59,594 bases of DNA from a virus. Its lineage: Duplodnaviria > Caudoviricetes. Both the position numbers and the translations under genes were made by a program. Shown here piece by piece: positions 17,605 through 27,332 of this stretch. Numbering within the stretch: the stretch's first letter is position 1; every line of letters starts with the position of its first letter. The stretch covers positions 1-59,594 of IMG/VR virus record IMGVR_UViG_3300021057_000001. One strand, 5' to 3'. A model generated the notes under the pieces. The model was not told where the DNA came from. It worked only from the letters and a program-made list of their open reading frames with translations, and did not search any database.

Positions 17605-18944
17605 AACTGCGGCCGTATCAAGAGCGCGCGACAGATCTCGTCCGTGCGTCGTACGCGAGCGGCCACCGTGCGCCGCTTTTGCAGCTGCCGACCGGTGGCG
17701 GGAAGACCGTCATAATGGCGCACGCGATCAAGTCCGCCGTCGCGCGCGGTCGCGAGGTGCTGGTCAACGTGCACCGCTCAGAGCTCGTCACGCAGACCGT
17801 AGCGAAGCTCGAAGCGGCTGGCGTGACCGACCTGCGGATCATCCAGGCGGCCAGCGACATCGGCAACCCGACGGCGAAGGTGGCCGTCGCGTCGATCCAG
17901 ACGCTCACGAACTGGCAACGCGACCGCATGCCTCGCGCCGACCTCGTCATCTTCGATGAGGCACACCACGTTGTCGCGAAGACCTGGGCGACGATCGCCG
18001 GGCACTACGCGGACGCGCTCTTGCTCGGGTGTACCGCGACGCCCCAGCGCGCTGACGGCAAGGGGCTCGGTGACATCTTCGACGATCTTGTCATCGGCGC
18101 CAGCGTCGTCGAACTGACGGCGCTCGGCTGTCTCGTGCCGTGCCGCGTCTGGGCTGCGCCGCGCAAGCTCGAGTCCGCCCAGGTCGTGCTGTCGCCGGCG
18201 AAGGCGTACCTCGAACACGCCGCGGGTCGGCGCGCCGTTGTGTTCTGTTGCTCGCTCGAGCACGCCCGCACTGTCGCCGACGAGATGAACGCGGAAGGCA
18301 TCCGCACCGACGTCGTGCATGCCGGGCTCGCGTCGGCGACGCGCGCGGACACGCTCGCGCGGCTCAACCGCGGCGGGATCGACGCGGTCACGAACGTTCA
18401 CGTGCTCACCGAGGGCTGGGACGATCCGTCCGTTTCCGTCTGCATCCTGGCGCGGCGCCCGCAGCATGCCGGGACGTTCCTGCAGATGGTCGGTCGCGTC
18501 TTGCGGCCGGCGCCGGGCAAGACGCACGCGACGCTGATCGACCTCTGTGGCTCGGTGCACGACCACGGACCGCCGGAGATGGAGCGCGAGTTCTCGCTCG
18601 ACGGTCGCGGCATCAAGAAGGTGGACCGCGACGCGATTCGGCAATGCCTCAGTTGCGGTGGCGTGTTTCTCGCCGGGCCGACGCACTGCCCGATGTGCGG
18701 GTGCGAGCTGCCGCGGCGCGAGATGGCGCTGCCCGTCGAGGTGGGCGGCGAGCTCGTGGACCTGGCGACGCTGCCGAAGCTGCCGCCGAGGACGGTGACG
18801 CTGAGCATCACGGCCAAGTACGCCGGCTGGTGCCGCGCGTGTTCGTCGCCGATCGCGGTGGGCGAGCAGATCTACTGGAGTAGTGGCGGCGGGAAGGGGA
18901 GCGCACGACACGCGGAGTGTCCAATCAGGAGTGCAGCGGTATGA
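17601..18944 (+). CDS. SF2 DEAH helicase with C-terminal Zn ribbons
   Basis: LRPYQ, PTGGGKT, DEAHH, TATPQR, TEGWD, QMVGRVLR; CLSC..CPMC and CRAC motifs. Confidence 0.95.
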   Translation: MKLRPYQERATDLVRASYASGHRAPLLQLPTGGGKTVIMAHAIKSAVARGREVLVNVHRSELVTQTVAKLEAAGVTDLRIIQAASDIGNPTAKVAVASIQTLTNWQRDRMPRADLVIFDEAHHVVAKTWATIAGHYADALLLGCTATPQRADGKGLGDIFDDLVIGASVVELTALGCLVPCRVWAAPRKLESAQVVLSPAKAYLEHAAGRRAVVFCCSLEHARTVADEMNAEGIRTDVVHAGLASATRADTLARLNRGGIDAVTNVHVLTEGWDDPSVSVCILARRPQHAGTFLQMVGRVLRPAPGKTHATLIDLCGSVHDHGPPEMEREFSLDGRGIKKVDRDAIRQCLSCGGVFLAGPTHCPMCGCELPRREMALPVEVGGELVDLATLPKLPPRTVTLSITAKYAGWCRACSSPIAVGEQIYWSSGGGKGSARHAECPIRSAAV

Positions 18945-19348
18945 GCGACGCTCTGGAATCTCTAGTCCTGCGCGCTGCCAATGAGCGCATCGATCAAATC
19001 GAAAAACGCATCGACGCGTTGCGCCCCACATGGATCACCGTCGAGACCTACGCTGAGCGGAGGTCGATCGCGGAGTCGACGGTGCGCGCCGCGGTGAAGT
19101 CCGGTCGCCTGCCGGCGATGGCATACGGAGACACTGGTCGCACGTACCGAGTGCGTGCTGATGTCGAGATCGGCGAGCCGGTCGTCGACTCACTGGAGTC
19201 GCTCGCTCGCGAGTTGTCTCGCTACGAGATAGCGGCAGGTCGAGCAGGCATGACACTCCGCGATTTCGTCGTGGCCGCATGCGACGCGGTTGTCACCTAC
19301 GGAGTCGGCTACCCCAATCGCAAACCAGACGAAGGGGATCCGTTTTGA
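18941..19348 (+). CDS. Excisionase-like HTH protein
   Basis: WITVETYAERRSIAESTVRAAVKSGRLPA...TYRV. Confidence 0.65.
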   Translation: MSDALESLVLRAANERIDQIEKRIDALRPTWITVETYAERRSIAESTVRAAVKSGRLPAMAYGDTGRTYRVRADVEIGEPVVDSLESLARELSRYEIAAGRAGMTLRDFVVAACDAVVTYGVGYPNRKPDEGDPF

Positions 19349-19539
19349 CCTCCAAAGAAGCCAAACGCCTGCGCGTGTGCATGCACTGCGAGCGTCCCGC
19401 GATCGTCGCGTCACGTCGCGACGGAGCCGGTGAGCGCGCTGTCCTGTGGTGTACGCAGTGTCATCGGCTCGCGTGCGCGGGCGACTCGTTCGTGAAGGTG
19501 CCAACCGCCGGGCTGCCTGCCGTGCCGGGGCCATCATGA
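19345..19539 (+). CDS. Small Zn-finger protein
   Basis: CMHC and CTQC motifs; coupled to neighbours. Confidence 0.5.
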   Translation: MTSKEAKRLRVCMHCERPAIVASRRDGAGERAVLWCTQCHRLACAGDSFVKVPTAGLPAVPGPS

Positions 19540-19862
19540 CCGAGTCCCAACTCCAAGACGCGATCCGCTTGGTGCTCAACCACCCGGACCTCGTGCTGTA
19601 CCGCAACAACTGCGGCATCGCCGAGATGCGCGGTCACAAGGTTCGCTTCGGCGTCGGCTCGCCCGGTGGCGCGGACCTCATCGGCTGTTTCCGCGGTCGG
19701 TTCCTCGCCGTCGAGATCAAGACGCCGACAGGCCGACAGAGCCCGGAGCAGCGCGCGTTCCAGCAGCTCATTGAATCCAAGGGTGGCATCTACGTGATCC
19801 TCCGCAGCGTCGAGGACGCGCGCGCGTGGCTCGCGCAGCTCACCCGCACCGAGGCCGCGTGA
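19536..19862 (+). CDS. VRR-NUC nuclease
   Basis: TESQLQ, GGADLIG, AVEIKTPTGRQSPEQ. Confidence 0.92.
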   Translation: MTESQLQDAIRLVLNHPDLVLYRNNCGIAEMRGHKVRFGVGSPGGADLIGCFRGRFLAVEIKTPTGRQSPEQRAFQQLIESKGGIYVILRSVEDARAWLAQLTRTEAA

Positions 19863-21964
19863 TCGCCGTGGATGCCCGCGCCAGGCTGTCTACGCTCGAC
19901 GCTGCGTGTCTGTGTGCCGAGCGCGGACTGCACGTCATCCCGGTCTGGCGGACCGTCGCCGGGCAGTGCCCGTGCGCGCGCGGCAAGGACTGCATCAGCC
20001 CGGGCAAACACCCAGTCATCGACGCATGGCAGACATCAGCGACGACCGAGTTGACCGTGCTGCGCGACTGGTTCGCCGCGGACCGACACAACCTCGGCGT
20101 GGTCTGCGGCGCATCGGATATCTGCGTCATCGACATCGATCCACGCAACAAGGGCGCCGAGACGTTCGCTGCACTCACGGCCGAGCTCGGGCCGCTGCCC
20201 GGCACCGTCAGCGCCGACAGCGGCGGCGGTGGTGAACACTACGTATTCCGTCGCCCGCCTGGCGAGTTGCTTTCCAAGCTCGGCCCCGGTGTCGACCTGC
20301 TCCATGGTGCGCGGCAGTTCCTTGTCGAGCCGTCGCTCCACGCCTCCGGCAACCCGTATCGCTGGAAGCCGGGGCGCGCGCCCGACGAGGTGAAGATCGC
20401 CCAGCTGCCCGACGCGTGGATCCGCAAGGCCCAGCGCCCAGCCGTCGTTCGCACGTGGACGGCACCCGTCGTATCCACCGACCAGCGCGTTCGCCGAGCG
20501 TCCGCGTACCTGGCGAAGCTGCCCGGTGCAGTCTCCGGCGACGGCGGACACACCGCGACGTTCAACGCGGTGGCAACCATCATGTTCGGCTTCGACCTCG
20601 ACGCCGCGACGACGTACCAGCTCATCGCGCATGAGTACAACCCGCGCTGCGACCCACCGTGGTCCGAGCGCGAGCTCAAGCACAAGATCGATTCCGCCGC
20701 CAAGAACTGCACGCGCACGCGTGGCTACCTGCTCGACGACGATCGCCGCCCAACGCGCACGACCGAGCAGGCGGCACGACAAGCGCCGGCGCCGACCGAC
20801 AGCGAGCCGGAGAACTGGGCGGCGCAGATCATCGCGACCGACAAGGGCAAGACAAAGCGCGGCTACCACAACGTGCTGACCTTCGTGCGGCTCTACCCGG
20901 ACTACCGCGGACGCTGGAGCTTCGACACCATGACCGGCGATGTCTGGTTCGGCGACGCGAAGATGCCGGATACGTTCGTGCACGAGATTCGGGCGCACGC
21001 CGATCGGCGCCTCGGTTTTACGCCAAGCCGCGACGACGTCGAAGCCGCGATCCAAACGTGCGCCGAGCAACGCCCCTTCCATCCGATCCAGAACTACCTG
21101 CGCTCGGTCGACTGGGATGGCGTGCCGCGCCTGCGGTCAATGGCGCGCGACTACTTCGGCAGCGACAGCGATCTCCACGCCGAGCTGGTGCGGAAGTGGA
21201 TGATTAGCGCGGTCGCTCGGGCCATGAACCCGGGCTGTAAGGTCGACACGGCGCTGATGCTCCACGGAGAGCAGGGCTACTTCAAGTCGACGTTCTTCTC
21301 GATCCTCGGAGCCCAGTGGCATGCCGACTCCGCGATCGACATCTCGAACAAGGACAGCTTCCAGCAGATTCACGCCGCGTGGATCTACGAGTTCAGCGAG
21401 CTCGAGAACGTCGTGCACGGACGCGCCGAGTCGCGGCTCAAAGCGTGGCTGACGTCGACGCACGACATGTACCGCGCGCCGTACGCGCGCACCGTCGTCC
21501 GCAAGGCGCGCAGCTGCGTCATTTGCGGCACGACGAACCGGAAGCAGTTCTTGACCGACGAAACCGGCACGCGCCGGTTCTGGGTCGTACCCGTCTACCA
21601 GATCGTCCCGCGCGAACTACTCGCGGAGATGCGCGACCAGCTCTGGGCAGAAGCGTTCGCTGCGTACGAAGCCGGCGAGAAGTGGTGGCTCGAACGCGAA
21701 CAAGACGCCGAGCTCGAGGAAGCGAACATCGACTTCAGCGACGAGGACCCGTGGCAGCAGCCGATCGCATCCTGGCTCACACAACCGACGATCACGGAGA
21801 TCACGATGTCAGAGCTGTGCCTGATAGCGCTCAAGCTCGAGGTGAGCCGACACGACTCGTCCACCACTCGCCGTGTTGCGAAGGTGTTGGCCAGGTTGGG
21901 GTGGCGACGCAGGCGTGAGACCAACGGCGATCGAGTCTGGCGCTATGTGCGAGGTGACTCGTGA
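19859..21964 (+). CDS. Bifunctional primase-polymerase fused to VapE-type helicase
   Basis: GKHP, NLGV, VIDIDPRN, GGEHYVF, EPSLHASG (Prim-Pol); HPIQNYL..VDWDG, GEQGYFKST, RAPY, GTTN, TGTRRFW (VapE). Confidence 0.93.
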   Translation: MIAVDARARLSTLDAACLCAERGLHVIPVWRTVAGQCPCARGKDCISPGKHPVIDAWQTSATTELTVLRDWFAADRHNLGVVCGASDICVIDIDPRNKGAETFAALTAELGPLPGTVSADSGGGGEHYVFRRPPGELLSKLGPGVDLLHGARQFLVEPSLHASGNPYRWKPGRAPDEVKIAQLPDAWIRKAQRPAVVRTWTAPVVSTDQRVRRASAYLAKLPGAVSGDGGHTATFNAVATIMFGFDLDAATTYQLIAHEYNPRCDPPWSERELKHKIDSAAKNCTRTRGYLLDDDRRPTRTTEQAARQAPAPTDSEPENWAAQIIATDKGKTKRGYHNVLTFVRLYPDYRGRWSFDTMTGDVWFGDAKMPDTFVHEIRAHADRRLGFTPSRDDVEAAIQTCAEQRPFHPIQNYLRSVDWDGVPRLRSMARDYFGSDSDLHAELVRKWMISAVARAMNPGCKVDTALMLHGEQGYFKSTFFSILGAQWHADSAIDISNKDSFQQIHAAWIYEFSELENVVHGRAESRLKAWLTSTHDMYRAPYARTVVRKARSCVICGTTNRKQFLTDETGTRRFWVVPVYQIVPRELLAEMRDQLWAEAFAAYEAGEKWWLEREQDAELEEANIDFSDEDPWQQPIASWLTQPTITEITMSELCLIALKLEVSRHDSSTTRRVAKVLARLGWRRRRETNGDRVWRYVRGDS

Positions 21965-21965
21965 C

Positions 21966-22194
21966 GTCCCACTCTCGTCCCAGTTCGGTCCCACTTCGCG
22001 AAAACGCGAATCCTCAATCGTTGTCTATCACTGTCCTACTGTCCTGCTTGTCCCAGATAGATCTCCAAGAAGGAATAGAGAATAGAGAGAGTGGAGAGAA
22101 GAGAGAAATCCGAGTGGCCGAAGTGGTCCGGAGGGACAGCTCCGCGAGATCACTCGAATCGCGACTGGGACGGCTAGTAGGACGGAAGCGGGAC
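21966..22194. promoter_or_regulatory. Putative replication origin with inverted GTCCCA-like iterons
   Basis: Six GTCC(C/T)(A/G) copies on the left, four inverted copies on the right, purine-rich low-GC core; directly after the primase. Confidence 0.65.
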
Positions 22195-22214
22195 GGCTCA
22201 CGGCGAGGTGTGTC

Positions 22215-22922
22215 GTGACACGTGGAACACGTTCACGGCAGCGCGAGAGCAGTTCGGTCGACGCGCCTGCGATCAGCGCGCGTGCAGCGGTGCGGGGCGC
22301 GAGTGGCGATCCCGCGCGAGGTGCGTACTGCACGCCGCTGTACGTCGCGCGGGCGCTGCCTGCATTCGACCTGGACCCGTTCACAAACGATCGATCGCAC
22401 ATTCGCGCCACCGTCACCTGCCAGATCGAGCGCGGCGACGACGGGTTCGGTTCGGGCGATCCGGGATCGTTTCGCGTCGGCGCAAACGGTTACGGCCGCG
22501 CTCGCGCCGCGAGTCGTGTCTGGCTCCAGCCCGATTACACCGAGACGCTGCGCGCCTGCCGCCACTACCTCCACACGCGCTTCGTGGCGCTCCTGCGCTT
22601 CGACCCACGCCCCGAGTGGGCGGATCTGATCGGCGGCGCGTCGGGCTGGATCGGCGTCCTGTCAAACAGCCCCGGCCGCTCGAGCTTCGAGTTCGAACCG
22701 GCGCCGGGCGTGGTCGCCTCGAGCAACACGTTCCCCCACGCACTCTACGCCCGCCACTACGACGACGTCACCCCTGCGATGCGCGCGCTGTGCTCCTACC
22801 CCGAGGGCACCGCACGCCACTGGCGCAAGCGGTCCGCGCTCGACGGCGCTGGCGCGCGCGACTGGCTCCGTGCGTGGGGCCTCTCTCCTGACCTCTTCAC
22901 TACGAAAGACGATCCGACATGA
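22215..22922 (+). CDS. Phage Dam-like N6-adenine methyltransferase homolog (variant QPDY motif)
   Basis: YCTP, FDLDPF, DDGF, VWLQPDY and LLRFDPRPEW occur in the order of the phage Dam family motifs. Confidence 0.65.
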   Translation: MTRGTRSRQRESSSVDAPAISARAAVRGASGDPARGAYCTPLYVARALPAFDLDPFTNDRSHIRATVTCQIERGDDGFGSGDPGSFRVGANGYGRARAASRVWLQPDYTETLRACRHYLHTRFVALLRFDPRPEWADLIGGASGWIGVLSNSPGRSSFEFEPAPGVVASSNTFPHALYARHYDDVTPAMRALCSYPEGTARHWRKRSALDGAGARDWLRAWGLSPDLFTTKDDPT

Positions 22923-23404
22923 CGACGACACCTGGCAGCCGCCAGCAGAACATTCCCGGAACGGAGCCCTCGAACGCCCGCGTCGCCGACGCCATCGAGC
23001 GCTGGCTCGAGCGGCTCGAGCGTAAGAAGCAAGCAGCCGAGCTGGAGGCTGAAGCCGACGATGCCGTGGTGATCGCCATGGTCGAGGAGCGCGTGCCGTA
23101 CTACCCGTACACAGATCCTGAGACCGGCAAGCGCAAGTACCGCGTGGTCGATACGACGCCGCGAGGGAAGTCGATCTCGGCGCGGCCACAGGCGCCTGCG
23201 GACGTCGAGACCGACGAGCCGGAGGTGTCTCCTGACGCGGAGCAGTCGACGCCGGTGGAGCGCGTGGAGCACCGCAAAGTGAGCCGCTCGAAGGCGAAGA
23301 AGGACATCGCGGCCGAGGAGAAGGCGAGGGCTGATCGAGCCAACGGCCAAGCGAGCGACGTCGGCGAGTTCCGCAAGGCGCGCTCGTACGGAGACGACGC
23401 GTGA
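22919..23404 (+). CDS. Hypothetical protein
   Basis: 161 aa, coupled to neighbours. Confidence 0.6.
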   Translation: MTTTPGSRQQNIPGTEPSNARVADAIERWLERLERKKQAAELEAEADDAVVIAMVEERVPYYPYTDPETGKRKYRVVDTTPRGKSISARPQAPADVETDEPEVSPDAEQSTPVERVEHRKVSRSKAKKDIAAEEKARADRANGQASDVGEFRKARSYGDDA

Positions 23405-23697
23405 CCGCGGACTGGCCCGCCATCGGCACGACGTGGGTCGACAGCATGGGGCGCACGCTCGTCGTCCGCGAAGTGAATCCAAAGTCGCGACGGGACAGGC
23501 AGGTCGTCGGCGAGGTTGATGGCAAGCCGTACGCGTGCTCGTCGGCCGTGTTCGACGTCGTATGGCGCAGTGGGGCTGTCGAGGGAATTACGCGCGCCGA
23601 GGTGCAAGCGGCCACGAGTGAAGCGGCGCTCGTCGGTAAGCTCACGCCGCTGTACACGAGCGACGGCAAGGCGCTGCCGTACACGAGGCGGTCGTGA
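23401..23697 (+). CDS. Hypothetical protein
   Basis: GTGA overlaps. Confidence 0.55.
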   Translation: MTADWPAIGTTWVDSMGRTLVVREVNPKSRRDRQVVGEVDGKPYACSSAVFDVVWRSGAVEGITRAEVQAATSEAALVGKLTPLYTSDGKALPYTRRS

Positions 23698-23933
23698 CGC
23701 GGCGCCAGCTGTCGTTCTGGACAATCTACCTGCCGCATTGGATCTCAGGCGCGGTCGCACTGTTCGTGATCGCGATGTGGCCGTCGTACGGCGGAACGGC
23801 GGTCGCGATCCAGATCGCATTCCAGGTGGGGATGCTGATCGGCTCGGTGCTCAACGACGTGCGCAGCGGCGACATCGTCGACCGCGACGTCAAGCCCGAG
23901 AACGTGCCGCACGACGCGGCGGAAGGAGCATGA
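23694..23933 (+). CDS. Small two-TM membrane protein
   Basis: Two hydrophobic segments. Confidence 0.55.
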   Translation: MTRRQLSFWTIYLPHWISGAVALFVIAMWPSYGGTAVAIQIAFQVGMLIGSVLNDVRSGDIVDRDVKPENVPHDAAEGA

Positions 23934-24175
23934 GGATGAAGTTTCGAGTCACCATGAAAGATCCTGACACGCTCCACGACGCAATTCGTGAGGCAGTCGA
24001 GCGCGAGGTTGCAGCAATGCCCGACCTCGACGATGACGAGCGCGAAGCCATCATCGAGAAGCGCAACGAGAAGGTCAGCGACAAGTGCGACCGCTGGTTC
24101 AAGTACAGCGAGTACCTGACCGTTGAGATCGATACGGAAGCGATGACCTGCGTCGTCGTGCCGGAGCCCCGCTAG
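23930..24175 (+). CDS. Conserved phage protein
   Basis: MKFRVTMKDPD...WFKYSEYLTVEIDTE; AAGGAG upstream. Confidence 0.7.
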   Translation: MRMKFRVTMKDPDTLHDAIREAVEREVAAMPDLDDDEREAIIEKRNEKVSDKCDRWFKYSEYLTVEIDTEAMTCVVVPEPR

Positions 24176-24177
24176 CC

Positions 24178-24774
24178 ATGGGCCCGACCTACCTCGTGCG
24201 CCCGGTGGTGTTGCTCGACTGCGACGGCGTCTTGGCCGACTTCATCGGCCGCGTCTGCGACACGATCGAGGCGTTCGGCGGTCCGCGCTATGAGCCGCAC
24301 CACGTCACCGAGTTCAACTTCACGAAGGCGCTCGGCCTCGATGACTCGCTCGCTCGCAAGGTGAAGCGCGCGATCAGCGATGACAGCGCGTGGTGGTCGA
24401 CGCTGCCGCCGTTCCCGGAGGCCATCACGGGCGTCGCCGCGCTGCGCGAAGTCGCTGACGTCTACATCGTTACGTCGCCCTGGAACAGCAACCGCACGTG
24501 GCTGCATGCGCGTGAATCCTGGCTCAAGCACCACTTCGACATCCCGCATTCGCACGTGATCGCGTGCTCGGCGAAGCACCTGGTGCGCGGCGACGTCTTC
24601 GTCGACGACAAGACGGAAGCCGTCGCTGCATGGCAGGCCGCGCACCGCGACGCGATTGCCGTGCAGTGGGAGACGCCGCACAACCGCAACGACGGCTGGA
24701 CGGGGCGATCGACGCGCTCGTGGGCCGACGTCCGCCACCTCACCACCGTGCGCGCGGAGGCGCGGGTGTCGTGA
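24178..24774 (+). CDS. 5'(3')-deoxyribonucleotidase (HAD, NT5C-like)
   Basis: LLDCDGVLADF, IVTSP, WLKHHF, DVFVDDK, PHN. Confidence 0.9.
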   Translation: MGPTYLVRPVVLLDCDGVLADFIGRVCDTIEAFGGPRYEPHHVTEFNFTKALGLDDSLARKVKRAISDDSAWWSTLPPFPEAITGVAALREVADVYIVTSPWNSNRTWLHARESWLKHHFDIPHSHVIACSAKHLVRGDVFVDDKTEAVAAWQAAHRDAIAVQWETPHNRNDGWTGRSTRSWADVRHLTTVRAEARVS

Positions 24775-25043
24775 GTGGCGATGAGTTGTACCTGATCGTG
24801 CTCGCCGGTTGGGCAGCCGTCACCCTCGTGATCGCCGGTGTCGTCCGCGAGTACACCGGGAAGTGGGGTGACGGCGCGGTGCTCGCGTTCGCGTGGCCAA
24901 TCGCGGCGCCGGTCGTGATCCTCGTGGGCTTGGGCTGGTGCCTCGCCTGGCTCGGTCGCGCGCCGACGCGCTACTTCGTGCGGCGAGCTCGGGCTCGAGG
25001 CGGAGCGGAACGCATCGCCCGCGCAGAGGTGCACCGTGGCTAG
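24771..25043 (+). CDS. Membrane protein
   Basis: Two hydrophobic helices, AWP motif. Confidence 0.55.
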   Translation: MSGDELYLIVLAGWAAVTLVIAGVVREYTGKWGDGAVLAFAWPIAAPVVILVGLGWCLAWLGRAPTRYFVRRARARGGAERIARAEVHRG

Positions 25044-25890
25044 CACCTGCGAACACGGCAGGCCGGGCGGCGCGATGTGCCCGCACTGCCTTGGCGTCAA
25101 CAGCGCGACCATGCCCGCTAGCCTCGCCTCCACGCTCTACGCGGCGTACGCGCGTGAGCGAGGCCCCGAGTGCAAGGTCTGCCAGGCGCGGCCGAACGCC
25201 GACGGCGAGCGCATTCACGGCAAGGGCTGCTACATGCTGAGCGAGGACGGCGGTGGCTCGGACTGGCCCTACGTGCCAACGCTCGCCGAGCAGGACGAGG
25301 ACACCCGCGCCGCCTGGGAGCGCGTGGCGGAGGTGGCGCGCGATCAGCTCGCTCCGATGCCGGTGTTCCAGGTGCCGCCCGGCATGACGCTCGCCGATGT
25401 CGCGCGCGCGGTCGACAAGCTCAACGTCGACTCGGCGCGGTCGCTCGTTCTCGAATCCGCCACCTGCGAAGAGCCCATCCCGTGTGGGCAGTGCGATACG
25501 TGTCACGCCGAAGCGAAGCGCGACAACGCCGCCCGCGAGCAGCCGCCGGCGTTCGAGGGCACGGTCGACGAGCTCGACGCGAAGCTCACCGTCGACGTTC
25601 ACTGCCAGAGCAGCGCCGTCGTCGACGCCGTGCGCGAGGGCCAGGAGCGGTTCCAGGTCGCCGCGCTCGCATCCGCGATCGAGGCGTTCGGCGCGAAGGG
25701 CACGGTCTTCAAGATCGTGCTCGGCCTGCTGCTGCTCGCGCGCAAGGGCGGCCGGTTCGACGGCGCCGAGCACGACGAGATTTTCGCGGGCGATGGCGTC
25801 GAGTTCGAGAAGCTCACCGACGCCGAGCGCGAGGCGCTGTACGACCACGGCTGGCGCTACCGCGACGGTGGCTGGGCGAGGTTCGTGTGA
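25036..25890 (+). CDS. Hypothetical multi-domain protein with Cys motifs
   Basis: CPHC, CKVC and CGQCDTC motifs; C-terminal GAEHDEIF...GW. Confidence 0.6.
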   Translation: MASTCEHGRPGGAMCPHCLGVNSATMPASLASTLYAAYARERGPECKVCQARPNADGERIHGKGCYMLSEDGGGSDWPYVPTLAEQDEDTRAAWERVAEVARDQLAPMPVFQVPPGMTLADVARAVDKLNVDSARSLVLESATCEEPIPCGQCDTCHAEAKRDNAAREQPPAFEGTVDELDAKLTVDVHCQSSAVVDAVREGQERFQVAALASAIEAFGAKGTVFKIVLGLLLLARKGGRFDGAEHDEIFAGDGVEFEKLTDAEREALYDHGWRYRDGGWARFV

Positions 25891-26120
25891 TCGCCTGGCT
25901 CCTCCAGCTCCTGCTCTGCACGTTCGACCTGGGCCACTGCACCCGCCTCGCCTGGACCGCCGGCGGCCCGCGGTGTGTCGAGGTGACGCTCGCGCCACGG
26001 TGCGAGCAGGTCGAAGGATGGCACGTCGTGCTCGGCACGCCGGTGTGCTGCACCCGCAAGCGAGCGAACCGCCCGTCACGCTCAAGCTCGTATCGGCGAG
26101 CGAAGGAGCGCCCACCCTGA
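25887..26120 (+). CDS. Small Cys-rich, possibly secreted protein
   Basis: Hydrophobic N-terminus and 6 Cys. Confidence 0.4.
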   Translation: MIAWLLQLLLCTFDLGHCTRLAWTAGGPRCVEVTLAPRCEQVEGWHVVLGTPVCCTRKRANRPSRSSSYRRAKERPP

Positions 26121-26222
26121 GCCATAGCCGCTCCGCCCCGGCGTCCCCACGCCCGAGCAGAGCCTGTCTCGCGTAGCCACCCGGCCGCTGCTCGACGTCT
26201 CCACCCTACACGGAGCCGTCGA

Positions 26223-26888
26223 ATGTCGCCATCGCTTCCGCCCGAGCTCGTCGCCGATATCCGCAACCTCGGCCGCTGTGCACGCTGCCCGCGTGACCGC
26301 GAGCCCGACAGCGACCACTGCACGGAGTGCGAGTCGAAGCTCAAGGGCTACGCCGCCAAGTCGATGTCCAAGTCGCGTGGCGAACGCCGCGCCGCGCACG
26401 AGTGCATCCAGTGCGGCGAGAAGTTGCCGAAGGAATGGCCGGGAACGCGATGCAGGCGCTGCCGCCACGAGAACGCGAAGGCCGCCGCTCGGAGGCGGCG
26501 TGTTAAGCGTACGGCGCGGAGTGTTAAGCGTGCTCGGCGAGATCCCGCCCCCGCACGCGGCCACTACAAGACCGAGGTGTACGCGGACGGCGCCGAGCGG
26601 ACCCGGTACGTCGGTCAGTCGCATCGCGGCGGCCCGACGCGTGTAGAGCAGGATGCGTCGGCGGCCAAGCTGGTGATCGAGGTGCACGGCGCCACGAAGA
26701 CGTGGCTCGACGAGCGGATCGAGAAGCAGGCGGCCGTCGACGCGCTGCCCCGGATCCAGCGCGCGGCGGGGCGGAAGCTGCTCGCGGCGCAGGTGACGTA
26801 CCTTGGGCGGCTCCTGATCCAAGCAGGCGCCGAGTACGGAGACGACACGGCGCGCGCGTGGCTACAGGCGCTGGAGCAGGAGGAGTAG
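26223..26888 (+). CDS. Double Zn-finger basic protein, candidate late regulator
   Basis: CARC..CTEC and CIQC..CRRC motifs; last gene before TerS. Confidence 0.6.
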   Translation: MSPSLPPELVADIRNLGRCARCPRDREPDSDHCTECESKLKGYAAKSMSKSRGERRAAHECIQCGEKLPKEWPGTRCRRCRHENAKAAARRRRVKRTARSVKRARRDPAPARGHYKTEVYADGAERTRYVGQSHRGGPTRVEQDASAAKLVIEVHGATKTWLDERIEKQAAVDALPRIQRAAGRKLLAAQVTYLGRLLIQAGAEYGDDTARAWLQALEQEE

Positions 26889-26892
26889 CCGA

Positions 26893-26921
26893 TCGCCCCG
26901 ATTCCGCGCAGTTGCGACGCT
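26893..26921 (+). promoter_or_regulatory. Late promoter motif (terS)
   Basis: TCGCCC-N17-GACGCT, GTG start 6 nt later. Confidence 0.7.
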
Positions 26922-26927
26922 GCGGAG

Positions 26928-27332
26928 GTGAGCGAAAAGAAGGTCTACGGCGCCGCCGCGGATCCGACGAAGCGGTTCCAGCCCGGCGTTAGCGGGAACC
27001 CCAAGGGCCGGGCCAAGGGCATCGAGACGATCGCCCGCGCGTTCCTGAATGGCCGCACGTACACGGACTCCAAGGGAATCGAGCACAAGGGTGCCGACGC
27101 GCTGCTCTGCTTCCTGTGGGAAATCGCCGAGGACAAGAAGGCGAACGATCGCGATCGCGTCGTTGCGATCCGCGAGTTCTTTGACCGCAGCTTCGGCAAG
27201 GCGCAACAGAACGTCTCGATCACCGACAGCGCCACCGACGACGAGGACGAGAGCGACCTCGAGGGGCTATCGATCGACGAGCTCCGCGTGCTCGCCAAGG
27301 TGCGCGCGGCACGCGATGGCACCGTCCACTGA
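26928..27332 (+). CDS. terS: Terminase small subunit
   Basis: RFQPGVSGNPKGR (DUF5681-like), DRSFGKA motif, directly upstream of TerL. Confidence 0.85.
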   Translation: MSEKKVYGAAADPTKRFQPGVSGNPKGRAKGIETIARAFLNGRTYTDSKGIEHKGADALLCFLWEIAEDKKANDRDRVVAIREFFDRSFGKAQQNVSITDSATDDEDESDLEGLSIDELRVLAKVRAARDGTVH

